Positions 37,262 through 46,963 of a stretch of 64,000 nt of DNA are shown piece after piece. This DNA comes from Vicinamibacterales bacterium. GTDB taxonomy: Bacteria; Acidobacteriota; Vicinamibacteria; Vicinamibacterales; UBA8438. The stretch spans positions 229,398-293,397 of the forward strand of contig CBDAMZ010000008.1 of NCBI GenBank assembly GCA_965197375.1, given 5' to 3'. The notes below the pieces were generated by a model. It saw nothing but the letters and a program-made list of their open reading frames with translations. It had not been told where the DNA came from and searched no databases. The stretch's first letter is position 1. Each line of letters begins with the position of its first letter. Both the position numbers and the translations under genes were made by a program.

Positions 37262-38284
37262 TCATCCGGCTCGTTCCGGCTGCCAGCGGAGACCGATATT
37301 AAGAATCCGCTGGAGCAACTCCTCATAGTCCATGCCGGTGTACTTGGCCGATTCCGCGAAGTCCTCGCCAAAGGCCAGTTGTGGGTTGGCGTTTGCCTCC
37401 AGGACGTAGAAGTTGTCGTTTACGTCGAGACGAAAGTCCATCCGAGCGTAGCCACTCATCTCCAAGGCGCGGTACACTCGCTTCGACGCTTTCTGAATTT
37501 CCTCGGCGAGCCCATTTGATAGAGTTTTTGCCTGGCTCGTCCTGATGCCGTGTTTCTTCTGATACTTGGCGCTCCACTTCACCCGGTCGGTGGCGATTCG
37601 GTGGATGCCTTCAGGCATCTTACCGAAATGAATTTCCCAAATAGGAAACACTTGAAGACGTTCGTGTCCCAGGATGCCGACATACAGCTCACGCCCCTCG
37701 ATGAAATGCTCAGCGATGGCATCGGTCCCGACCGACTCGTGTACAAACTGTACCCGCTCACGAAGTTTGGTATCGTTGTCGACAACTGAGGCCTGCGCGA
37801 TACCAATCGACGCTTCCTGGGTTGCCGACTTCACGATGATCGGGAACTCGAGACGGCGAGGGCGCTTGATGGCGAGTCCCCGTCGAAAGACAGCAAACTC
37901 CGGTACCGGAATCCGGTGATAAGCCATTAGCTTCTTCGACAACGCTTTATCGTGGGAAAGCAACATCCCGCGCGGATTACAGCCGGTATAGGGAAGCCGG
38001 AGTAGCTCAAGGTAGCTCACGACGTTCATATCGAAAACGCCAACCTCGTGAAACGCTTCCATCAGATTGAACGCGATGTGTGGTTTGAACTCGTCGACTG
38101 TCTGTCGGATGACGTGAAGGTCGTCCTTGACGCCGAGCATCTGCACGTTGTGCCCCATTTCCACGAGTGTGCTGGCAACGTCGTATTCGGTCTTCCACTC
38201 CACCGTGGCGAGGTTGTGCCCCGATGTGTCCTCGGGCGGGACCATGTAGTCATGCATTAACGCCAGCACGCGCAATTTCTTCAT
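37262..38284 (-). CDS. ATP-grasp ligase, D-Ala-D-Ala-ligase-like
   Basis: FNLME, PYTG, DKALSK, EASIGI, EHFIEGRE, YARMDFR, LEANANP. Confidence 0.9.
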   Translation of the reverse strand: MKKLRVLALMHDYMVPPEDTSGHNLATVEWKTEYDVASTLVEMGHNVQMLGVKDDLHVIRQTVDEFKPHIAFNLMEAFHEVGVFDMNVVSYLELLRLPYTGCNPRGMLLSHDKALSKKLMAYHRIPVPEFAVFRRGLAIKRPRRLEFPIIVKSATQEASIGIAQASVVDNDTKLRERVQFVHESVGTDAIAEHFIEGRELYVGILGHERLQVFPIWEIHFGKMPEGIHRIATDRVKWSAKYQKKHGIRTSQAKTLSNGLAEEIQKASKRVYRALEMSGYARMDFRLDVNDNFYVLEANANPQLAFGEDFAESAKYTGMDYEELLQRILNIGLRWQPERAG

Positions 38285-39362
38285 AGCGCCAGCCGGTGTC
38301 CGCCACCATGTAGGTAGTTCATCGTCTGCACGGTCAACAGGACCGTGAATTCGAGTTTAGTCCGCTCTTCCGTCGTCGTCAGGCGCAGGTCAAGTGTGTG
38401 ACACCGCTCGATGATGTCCTCGAGTACCTGGTCAATCGTGTATTGATATGCTGACGTCCAGCTGGCTACGTGGCGGCGCACGTCGCGTCGGACGTGACTG
38501 AGGAATCTCGCGGCCGGTGGGTTCGCCGCGTACTCCGCCGCGTCTGAAAAGAGACGCCGGAAATCTCGGTCATAGAAGTTGGGATAGTCTAGGCCGTAGC
38601 GTTTACGTTTCAGCCGGTAGTGTTGCCGGAGCGTGCGTCGCATGCGCGAGATGGGCCCGACGACGCGCTCGGTCGTCTCCACCGGGTCCTTGCCAGCTAT
38701 CTCACGCATGAGATTGTCAAGGTAGTCGAGCTTCTTAAGGGCCGGCCAATCCGCGTAGCGTTTCCGCCACATCGAGGGGGGGGAGGGGGTAACCAGACGG
38801 TAAATGTTTCGGCGAAGTCTTCGTCTGGATGGCTCTGTGCGTACCAGAGGTCGAGGTGTAGCACGAAGCTCTTGCTGTAGGGACGCGGTGAGTAGGTGTC
38901 TGGGTACGGCGTCGAGGATTTGCCAAATAGCTTCTGCCGCCGACGCCGGCGCTGCAGCTTGTAGGCATGGTCGATGGCATGGCCGACCTCGTGGCGTAGG
39001 ATACGCATGCACCACGCCTTGGTGCCGCCTTCGACTTCGAGCATCTGGTTCAGTTCGAGCCGAGCCAGGGGGGGATGGGCGAGATAGAACGGAACAGCCA
39101 CGCCGGACGCTCCGTCCGGCGTGAACCAGTCGTCAGACAGCCAAGAATGAGGGCGAAAGAGAATACCGCGCGCCTCGAGCTCCCGATGTATTTCGACGAT
39201 GCGTCGTTCGATCGGCGTACCGTTGATGGTAACGCCGAGGGCGCAGATCCGCACGTCGAGCAGGTTCTGGTCAGTCCAACGGGCCCAGACCGGTTGCTTG
39301 CGGTGGCAGCTGGTCTCTTTGTGGGTCGGCGTCACAGCGGTTTCGGGCATGGTGCGCGCCAA
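38281..39362 (-). pseudogene. Putative zinc-binding metallopeptidase (Peptidase_Mx-like), frameshifted in a homopolymer tract
   Basis: HEVGH and YAQSHPDEDFAETF in frame 38697-39362; the C-terminus WRKRYADWPALKKL... is in the other frame; junction at G8AG5 (38776-38789). Confidence 0.8.
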
Positions 39363-39390
39363 TTATAGAGGTAGGAGATAATCAGGAGTC

Positions 39391-41070
39391 ATGGGACCGC
39401 AGTTCGTGTACACGATGAAGGGGCTCGGTAAGGTTTATCCGCCGGATCACACCGTCCTTGAGGATATCTGGCTGTCGTTTCTCCCCGGCGCCAAGATTGG
39501 TGTGCTGGGGCTGAACGGTGCTGGCAAGAGCACTCTGCTCCGCATCATGGCGGGCGAGATTACGGACGTTCGGGGCGAAGCATCTCCGGCGGATGGGATC
39601 CGCGTGGGCTACCTGCCGCAGGAGCCACAGCTCGATTCTACCAAGGACGTCTTGGGGAACGTTGAAGGGGGAGTGTCTGAGCTACGGGGGTTACTGAAGC
39701 GTTTCGACGAGATTACGGCGTCGCTTTCCGGCGGGATGTCCGCGCTCGACATGTACGACGTACTCGACGAGCAAGCCCAGCTACAGGATCGCATCGACGC
39801 GACCGGCTCGTGGGATCTGGACGCGCGGCTCGAGATGGCGATGGATGCGCTCAGATTGCCGTCCGCCAAAGCCGACGTGACGTCGCTGTCTGGTGGTGAG
39901 CGTCGCCGGGTCGCGCTGTGCCGGCTGCTCTTGCAGTCACCCGAATTGCTGTTGCTCGACGAGCCCACCAACCATCTGGATGCCGAGTCGATTGCTTGGC
40001 TCGAACGGTTTCTGGCCGACTATCCCGGTACGGTGGTCGCCGTTACCCACGACCGGTACTTTCTTGACAACGTGGCTGGCTGGATACTCGAGCTCGATCG
40101 AGGAGCGGGTATCCCCTGGGAGGGGAACTACTCATCTTGGTTGGAACAGAAGCAGCGGCGGCTCAACATCGAGGCGAAGCACGAGGCGAAGCGCCAGCGC
40201 ACGTTACAGCGCGAGCTGGAATGGATCCGGATGTCGCCCCGCGCGCGGCAAGCCAAAGGGAAGGCGCGGCTTAACGCGTACGAGCGGCTGCTTAACGAAG
40301 ACCTGGCACAAAAGATTGCATCGGTTGAGATCTACATTCCGCCGGGCCCGAGACTTGGTGACGTAGTCGTCGAAGCGCGTAACCTGTCCAAGAGCTACGG
40401 GGATCGGCTGTTGATCAACAACCTCTCGTTCACGTTACCGCCGGCCGGGATCGTGGGTGTCATCGGTCCCAATGGGACCGGCAAGACGACCCTGCTCAAG
40501 CTGATCGCCGGCGAGGAGCAATTTGATGCGGGCACGCTGCGGCTTGGCGAGACCGTGCGGCTCGGCTATGTCGAGCAGAGCCGTGACGCACTGGATCCAG
40601 CAAAGACCGTCTGGGAGGAGATCTCCGCCGGACAGGACGAGCTAACGCTCGGTAAGCGGACCATGGCTTCTCGCGCGTACGTGTCCTGGTTCAACTTTAG
40701 GGGACGAAACCAGCAGCGGAAGATTAGCAGCCTCTCCGGCGGCGAGCGTAATAGGGTGCACCTGGCGAAGCTGCTCCGAGGCGGGGCCAATCTCCTACTG
40801 CTCGACGAGCCAGCAAACGATCTCGATGTCGATACGCTACGCGCCCTTGAAGATGCCTTGTTTGATTTCGCTGGCTGTGCGGTCGTTGTCAGCCACGACC
40901 GCTGGTTTCTCGATCGCATCGCAACACACCTCATTGCCTTCGAGGGTGACAGCCGGGTCGTCTGGTTCACCGGTAACTACGCGGACTACGAGACGGACCG
41001 TCGCCGTCGGCTAGGTTCGGCCGCCGATCGCCCCCATCGCGTCAAGTTCAGGAAGCTAACCAGGCGCTAG
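39391..41070 (+). CDS. ettA: Energy-dependent translational throttle protein (ABC-F)
   Basis: LSFLPGAKIGVLGLNGAGKS, GYLPQEP, ELEWIRMSPRARQAK, two ABC domains. Confidence 0.96.
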   Translation: MGPQFVYTMKGLGKVYPPDHTVLEDIWLSFLPGAKIGVLGLNGAGKSTLLRIMAGEITDVRGEASPADGIRVGYLPQEPQLDSTKDVLGNVEGGVSELRGLLKRFDEITASLSGGMSALDMYDVLDEQAQLQDRIDATGSWDLDARLEMAMDALRLPSAKADVTSLSGGERRRVALCRLLLQSPELLLLDEPTNHLDAESIAWLERFLADYPGTVVAVTHDRYFLDNVAGWILELDRGAGIPWEGNYSSWLEQKQRRLNIEAKHEAKRQRTLQRELEWIRMSPRARQAKGKARLNAYERLLNEDLAQKIASVEIYIPPGPRLGDVVVEARNLSKSYGDRLLINNLSFTLPPAGIVGVIGPNGTGKTTLLKLIAGEEQFDAGTLRLGETVRLGYVEQSRDALDPAKTVWEEISAGQDELTLGKRTMASRAYVSWFNFRGRNQQRKISSLSGGERNRVHLAKLLRGGANLLLLDEPANDLDVDTLRALEDALFDFAGCAVVVSHDRWFLDRIATHLIAFEGDSRVVWFTGNYADYETDRRRRLGSAADRPHRVKFRKLTRR

Positions 41071-41287
41071 TATCTCAGGTCTGGGATGTGGTGAAAAATT
41101 TTCCAGTGTGCGGCGTCAGGCCGGCAAGATGCGGAGAGCGCGCATGCCGGAAATATGCAGCTTATTGATAGAAACCCACCGCGATCTCTTGCGGGACACC
41201 CTGCTCAGATCATCCGGCCGCCGCCGACCGGCTATCACCGAGCGTCTAGCGCTGCCCGTCCCTGGCACGATGGTTCGTGGGGCGCGT

Positions 41288-43258
41288 TCAGCTCGTCCGC
41301 GTCACATGTAGAGCGATCGCTACGCCGAACAGTGCGAAGCCGACGATGTCGGTGAGGGTCGTCGCGTAAAACAGCAACAACCCGCCGGTGACAGCAAGTA
41401 CACGCTCGACGATGGTAGTCGCTCGCCTTAGCCACCCGCCGAGCCCCATGGCTAGTGCGCTTACCCCGACGGCCGCTGTGCCGGTCGTCCGTACCACGTC
41501 GGCGAATGGGGCTTGAAGTAGCACGCCGAGGCCTTCTGGGCTCAGCGTGAAAGTGAATGGCACGAGGAAGGCGGGGAGTGTGTACTTCCAGGTAAGCATC
41601 ATCGTCTTGAACGGGTTCGCCCCGGTAATGGCGGCCGCCGCAAAGGGTGAGAGCGCCGTGGGTGGACTGACCTCGGAGAGCACGGCGTAATAAAAAATGA
41701 ACATGTGGGCCGCCGCGCCAGGTACACCGACGAGTGTGAGCGCCGGTGCAATCATGACCGCGGCGATGATGTATGACGCCGTCACCGGTACGGCCAGCCC
41801 CAACATCCAAACCGCGATGGCGGCGTACACGACGGTCAGGAAGACGCTGCCACCCGCGAGCGCAACAATGATACCCGCGATCTTGAGACCGAGTCCTGTT
41901 AGCGTCACAACCCCAACGATAATGCCGGCGGTGGCCGTCGTCGCGGCGACCGCAAGCACACTCTTGCCGCCTGATTCGATCGCTGCGATGAGCCGCTTCG
42001 GCTTGAGCGCTGTCTCCGATCGAATAAAACTTAACGCGACGGCGAGCAACGTCGCGATGAAGACCGCTCGGAACGGGGTGACCCCGCTCACTAGTAGGAC
42101 GACGATGGCGAGGAGGGGGAGAAACTGGTATCCGGAGTGTCTGGTGAGCGCGCCAACAGACGGCACATCAACAGCAACTGCCTTTGTGCCTAACCGTCGC
42201 GCGTCCGCTTCGATCATCAGGATGACCGACAGATAGTAGAGCACGGCGGGGATGATGGCCATCGCGATCACTTGCAAATAAGTGATCTGTAGGAACTCGG
42301 CGATCAAAAACGCGGCCGCGCCCATCGTCGGCGGAGCTAATAGCGCACCGATGCCGCTGGCTGACAGGATGCCGCCCCCGGTCTCTGGAGAGAACCCAGC
42401 CCGCCGGAGGAGGGGCCACGCAATCGCTCCAAGCGTCACGGTCGTCGCGACGCCGCTGCCTGACACCGTACCAAGCAGAAAGCCTGACACCGCGACAGTT
42501 CGCCCAGGACCCGCGCCGCTCCCCGATCGGCCGAAGGCGGCCAGTGCCCAGTTAATGAAAAACACGCCGGCACCCGAATGTGTCAACACGGCTCCGAAAA
42601 TAGTGAATAGCACGATGAACGTCGCAGCCACATTGAGGGGAACACCGAAGATTCCCTCAAGCGTCATGTACAGCGTTCCGACCAGGCGAGTGACGTCATA
42701 GCCGCGGTGGGCAAACAGGTCAAGACCGACGAGTTCCAGCAACGGCCCGTAGTAGCCGTACAGGAGGAACACGACCGCCGTGATCGGGAGAATTGGTCCA
42801 ACCGTACGACGCGTTGCCTCAAGCACCAGTAGGATTGTGACCGTGCCCAACGTCAGGTCCAGCGGGCTCGGTGTCGCGGCGCGATACACAAACTGGTCGA
42901 AGTCGACAATCGGCCAGGCCAGCGCGAGCAGGGCAATGATGGCAAACGCCCAATCCAGCATTGTCACTTTGAGACGCCAGCGCGGGTACGCCGGGTAGAT
43001 GAGAAACGTCAGCACTAGCACGACAAGCAAAAAGCTGACCCGATAAATTTGTGGTTGGACGATGCCGACGACCCAATACAGCGCGTATAGGGACAGACCG
43101 GCCGCCAGCATGGTAGCCAGACGCGCTGTTGTCCCGGTGAGCGTGCGTGTGGGGACTTCCGACTTCAAGTCCTGGAACGTGTCGAGCGGTGTCTGAGGTG
43201 TAGTCTGCAGGGGTCGATTCTCGTTCGGAGGCGGCGGCCGACTGTGGCGAGGGCTCAT
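41288..43258 (-). CDS. TRAP transporter fused permease (4TM/12TM, TAXI type)
   Basis: EATRR, EGIFGVP, GTVSGSG, PPTMGAAAFLIAE, HMFIFYYA, SPP. Confidence 0.95.
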   Translation of the reverse strand: MSPRHSRPPPPNENRPLQTTPQTPLDTFQDLKSEVPTRTLTGTTARLATMLAAGLSLYALYWVVGIVQPQIYRVSFLLVVLVLTFLIYPAYPRWRLKVTMLDWAFAIIALLALAWPIVDFDQFVYRAATPSPLDLTLGTVTILLVLEATRRTVGPILPITAVVFLLYGYYGPLLELVGLDLFAHRGYDVTRLVGTLYMTLEGIFGVPLNVAATFIVLFTIFGAVLTHSGAGVFFINWALAAFGRSGSGAGPGRTVAVSGFLLGTVSGSGVATTVTLGAIAWPLLRRAGFSPETGGGILSASGIGALLAPPTMGAAAFLIAEFLQITYLQVIAMAIIPAVLYYLSVILMIEADARRLGTKAVAVDVPSVGALTRHSGYQFLPLLAIVVLLVSGVTPFRAVFIATLLAVALSFIRSETALKPKRLIAAIESGGKSVLAVAATTATAGIIVGVVTLTGLGLKIAGIIVALAGGSVFLTVVYAAIAVWMLGLAVPVTASYIIAAVMIAPALTLVGVPGAAAHMFIFYYAVLSEVSPPTALSPFAAAAITGANPFKTMMLTWKYTLPAFLVPFTFTLSPEGLGVLLQAPFADVVRTTGTAAVGVSALAMGLGGWLRRATTIVERVLAVTGGLLLFYATTLTDIVGFALFGVAIALHVTRTS

Positions 43259-43270
43259 TCTACATGTGCT

Positions 43271-44293
43271 TTATGGCGAGTTTTGCCACGTGCCCTCTTC
43301 ACGGTAGTACCGAACGGCGCCATCGTGAAATGAAATTGGGGAACCTTGGACCGCAGCCTCGAGCGTCAGCGCGGTGGCCATCGGATGAATGGCAGCCAAC
43401 TCGTCGTGGGCCTCGAACAGGACCCTGGTGATCCAGTACGCCAACTCTGCGTCCATTGATTCGTGCACCACGAGTACGTTCGACACGGCGACGGTCGCGA
43501 CATTTTCTTCCATTCCCGGGTAGATGGACTTCGGGATTGTCGAGGCGTGATAAACGAACGCACCGTAGCGTTCTTGTAGTGTGGCCAGCACCTCGGTGTT
43601 CGGTACGAGCACGATCGTGCGACCAGGTGTCGCGGCAAGGTCGAGCACCGAGCCGGTCGGAATACCGCCGCTCCAGAAGAACGCGTCGATCTTGCCGTCC
43701 TTGAGCGCGGCGACCGACTGTGCCGCGCCCAAGCGCTGCTTGCGGATGTCGCGCTCGGGGTCAATGCCGGCTGCTTCGAGAATCCGGAACGCGCTGATTT
43801 CGGTCCCGCTGCCTGGTGCACCCGTGGAGATGACCTTATCTTTCAGATCGGCGATGGTGGCGATTTCCTTGCGTGCCAGAGTCACCACGTGGTTGTGGTT
43901 ATCGTAGAGCACAGCCAGAGCACGCAGCGGGATCCGCGCGAACTCCGCGAAGGCGCCTCGACCGTTGACCGCGTCGTCTATCGAGTCTGCTAGCCCAAAC
44001 GCTAGGTCGGCCGACCTGTTAGCGATGAACTTCAAGTTATCGACGGTGCCGGCAGTAACCTCGGCGGTCGCCTCAACACCTTCGACGTGGTCACTGATGA
44101 CTTTGGCGATGCCCCCGCCATATGGGTAGTAAACGCCGCCGGTGCCGCCTGTGGCAATCGACAAGCGCTTAGTGAGGCTGCCCATATGGTTCGGATTGCA
44201 CGCGAGCATTAGGCCAGCCATAACCAACACTGCACCGGTCATTGCTGATTGACCCGGCCATCCGCCGTGCCTGATGTCGCGTGAACTAGGCAT
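43271..44293 (-). CDS. TAXI-family TRAP solute receptor (lipoprotein)
   Basis: LMLAC lipobox, IATGGTGGVYYPYG, GAPGSGTE, HDGAVRYY. Confidence 0.95.
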   Translation of the reverse strand: MPSSRDIRHGGWPGQSAMTGAVLVMAGLMLACNPNHMGSLTKRLSIATGGTGGVYYPYGGGIAKVISDHVEGVEATAEVTAGTVDNLKFIANRSADLAFGLADSIDDAVNGRGAFAEFARIPLRALAVLYDNHNHVVTLARKEIATIADLKDKVISTGAPGSGTEISAFRILEAAGIDPERDIRKQRLGAAQSVAALKDGKIDAFFWSGGIPTGSVLDLAATPGRTIVLVPNTEVLATLQERYGAFVYHASTIPKSIYPGMEENVATVAVSNVLVVHESMDAELAYWITRVLFEAHDELAAIHPMATALTLEAAVQGSPISFHDGAVRYYREEGTWQNSP

Positions 44294-44415
44294 CGATCTT
44301 CTCTGAAGCGGCGCGTCGCCGGCCCCGACCCCCTATCTGGCTCCTAATCTTACCTTGCGCGCCTCGGTGTCTCTGGACGCTTTGCAAGGCTCAAGAACGA
44401 CGAGTAAAAATAGCA

Positions 44416-46539
44416 CTAGTTTCGCGACGCAGACGCGTTTACCGGCTGGTCGATCAGCCAGTGAGTGAACCAGCTCTTGAGTCGCTCCAACCGATCTACC
44501 AACAGCCACGGTTCGCCGGTGCGTGACAGCCTGTGCGACACTCGCGGATAGCGTACCAGTTCGACGGGCACACGCCGTTTCTTCAAGGCCATGAACCACT
44601 GCTCGGCGTCCCCGATCGGCGTCCGGTAGTCGTTTTCACTGTGGATAACGAGCGTCGGGGCGGTCACGTTTTCGACGAAGGCGATTGGCGACAGGTGGCG
44701 ATAAAGATCGCGTTGTTCCCACGGAGTGCCCTGGAATTCGTACTCCGTCAGGTCCTGCGCGTCTGAAGTTCCGTACCAGCTTTCCCAATTGGCGATCGAC
44801 CGGCTAGTAACGGCCGCCGCAAAACGGTCGGTCGTGGCAGTTAGCCAGTTGGTCATGAATCCTCCGTAGCTTCCGCCGGAGACGCCGATCCGGTTCGGGT
44901 CGATGCCCTGGTACTGCTCGATGGCTGCATCGACGCCGGCGAGGAGATCTTCGGTGTCCATTTCACCCCACGCGGCTCGCGTCGCATAAGTGTACGTGTG
45001 GCCGTAGCCGATTGAGCCACGAGGATTCGTGTAAAGAACAAAAAATCCCGATCCGGAGAGTACGTGGAAGGTTCGGAAGAAGGTGTTGCCGTAGGCGCTG
45101 TGCGGACCGCCATGGATCTTCAAGATCATCGGGTAGGAGTGGTCCGGTTTGTAGCTGACGGGCTTAATGAGCCATCCCTCGATCTCGCTGCCGTCCTCGA
45201 CGGTCCAGGTGAGCCGCTCGGCCGACTGTAGCGTGATTTCGGCCAGCCAGTTGCTATTGAACGACGTGACGCGCTGCTGTAGGCTGCCGTCACCGCGATT
45301 TGTATAAACCTCGGCTGGCGTGACCGCGTCCGTCACGGTGTACGCTACCACTTGTCCGTCGCTCGATGTGGACACTGAGCCGATCTGCCGGTTGCCCGTC
45401 GTCACCTGTCGAATCAGCTCGCCACGCAACGTCACTTCGAAGAGATGTCGGTTGCCGCCCACGACGGCCTCGAAGCGGATGGCCGAGCCGTCAGCCGTCC
45501 ACGACGGCGGGCCCGGTGTGAGGTCCCATTCGTTTGTTAATGTCCGTGGCGGGCCCAAGAAGGTACCGGTCGGACGGAGGTCGACCACTTTAAGATCTGT
45601 CTCGGCGCCACGCGCCCGTCGATACAGAAACGTCAGCTGTTCGCCGCTGGGGGAAACGGCCGGAGCGAACTCCGAGCCGGGGTTTGACGTCAACCTGCGT
45701 GGGTCACCGCCATCACGGGCAATCACGTAAATGTCCTGGGTCTGCTCGCGGTTGTATTCATCGTCCTCGTTCTCGTTGCCCACGAAGAAGAGCAGTCTAC
45801 TGTCGGCCGACCAAACCGGGCCTTCGGTACTGAAGGGCAGTGTGGTGAGCTGGGTCGGCTCGCCGCCGTCAGCTGGGACGACAAAGAGCTGTTGTTTCTC
45901 ATCGGTTGACGGGTGGGGCAACAGGATCAGCGTTCCGTCACGCTTGTAGCGCATCGTGGTGATTACGCGTCCGTCGAAGCGATCCGCGTCCAGCGTACTC
46001 GTGATAGCGTCTGGTGCAATCCAGCCCTTCCGGTTGCTACCCTCGTTGCCTGTGTCATCGGTGCCGCCAGGTGCCCGTGTGAGCGCTATCCACTCGCCGT
46101 TTGGAGACCAGACAGGCACTCGATCCACGCCTTCGATGTGATAGGCTTCTCCGCCAGGCGCCGTCACCGGCGCAAACCAGATCTCATTCTCGTCGTCCCC
46201 ACGGCGCGATTTGAAGTTCAGCACCCGCCCGTCGCGTGCCCATTGCGGTGTAGCAGAATCGGTGGTCGGGTTCGTGAACCGATACGGCTTACCCTCAGGA
46301 CGCCCGCCACGTAGTCGTTGCAGCCAGATTTCGCAGTGGCGGCGGTTATGCTCTTCGTCGATCGTCGTGACTGTGAAGGCAACAAGGTTACCCAGTGGCG
46401 AGATCGCCACGTCGCCGACCCCCACTTCCTTGTAGTAGTCGGTTGGCTGCAGGCCGCGCAACTGTGCGGATGTAATGGCCGGCTGCGCGAATACGGCGGC
46501 GCTAGCCAATATGAGAATGACACTCTTCTCGCAACGCAT
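44416..46539 (-). CDS. S9 prolyl-oligopeptidase-family peptidase with beta-propeller
   Basis: IHGGPH, NPRGS, GGSYGG, HSENDYR, C-terminal His. Confidence 0.95.
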   Translation of the reverse strand: MRCEKSVILILASAAVFAQPAITSAQLRGLQPTDYYKEVGVGDVAISPLGNLVAFTVTTIDEEHNRRHCEIWLQRLRGGRPEGKPYRFTNPTTDSATPQWARDGRVLNFKSRRGDDENEIWFAPVTAPGGEAYHIEGVDRVPVWSPNGEWIALTRAPGGTDDTGNEGSNRKGWIAPDAITSTLDADRFDGRVITTMRYKRDGTLILLPHPSTDEKQQLFVVPADGGEPTQLTTLPFSTEGPVWSADSRLLFFVGNENEDDEYNREQTQDIYVIARDGGDPRRLTSNPGSEFAPAVSPSGEQLTFLYRRARGAETDLKVVDLRPTGTFLGPPRTLTNEWDLTPGPPSWTADGSAIRFEAVVGGNRHLFEVTLRGELIRQVTTGNRQIGSVSTSSDGQVVAYTVTDAVTPAEVYTNRGDGSLQQRVTSFNSNWLAEITLQSAERLTWTVEDGSEIEGWLIKPVSYKPDHSYPMILKIHGGPHSAYGNTFFRTFHVLSGSGFFVLYTNPRGSIGYGHTYTYATRAAWGEMDTEDLLAGVDAAIEQYQGIDPNRIGVSGGSYGGFMTNWLTATTDRFAAAVTSRSIANWESWYGTSDAQDLTEYEFQGTPWEQRDLYRHLSPIAFVENVTAPTLVIHSENDYRTPIGDAEQWFMALKKRRVPVELVRYPRVSHRLSRTGEPWLLVDRLERLKSWFTHWLIDQPVNASASRN

Positions 46540-46620
46540 GGCGCTCCTCCAACGTGGGTGGTTTGGACATTGTTGATGCGGCAGTTTACTGCGAATGCGG
46601 CGGCACGAAATCCCAAGGCT

Positions 46621-46789
46621 GATGCCGAGCCCGTCGTCAACCCGGTTGATGTGGTTGAAGCACGCGATAATTTTGACGGCGTCGCTGAGTTGCTCGTCGT
46701 TGGATCCGTGGAGGTGCAGTGCTCCGTCGTATTCTTGGTGTAGGGGGCCGGTTGCGTTCTCGAGCTCGAGGGGCCTTGATCCTGGCCAC
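46621..46789 (-). pseudogene. Internally deleted AhpD/CMD-like peroxidase-related gene
   Basis: Hand translation: VARIK / PLELENATGPLHQEYDGA joined directly to LHLHGSNDEQLSDAVKIIACFNHINRVDDGLGI; the CxxC core is missing. Confidence 0.55.
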
Positions 46790-46963
46790 GAGGAGGCACT
46801 CTCGTTTCAGTGAGTTAGTCACGCTATTCTAGGGCAATGATGCCGACTCGCCTTCGACAGGTAGTGTCCGGCGCGGCCGACCGCCGCTCGGCGGGAAGCA
46901 CGGCGACCGGCTACTAGCGAGACTTCGCCTCAAACTGCCCAGACGACAGCCGATACCGTATTG

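Noticed and set aside
37262-38284. ddl gene symbol
   Set aside because: Lacks the N-terminal GGxSxE motif and the cell-wall gene context.
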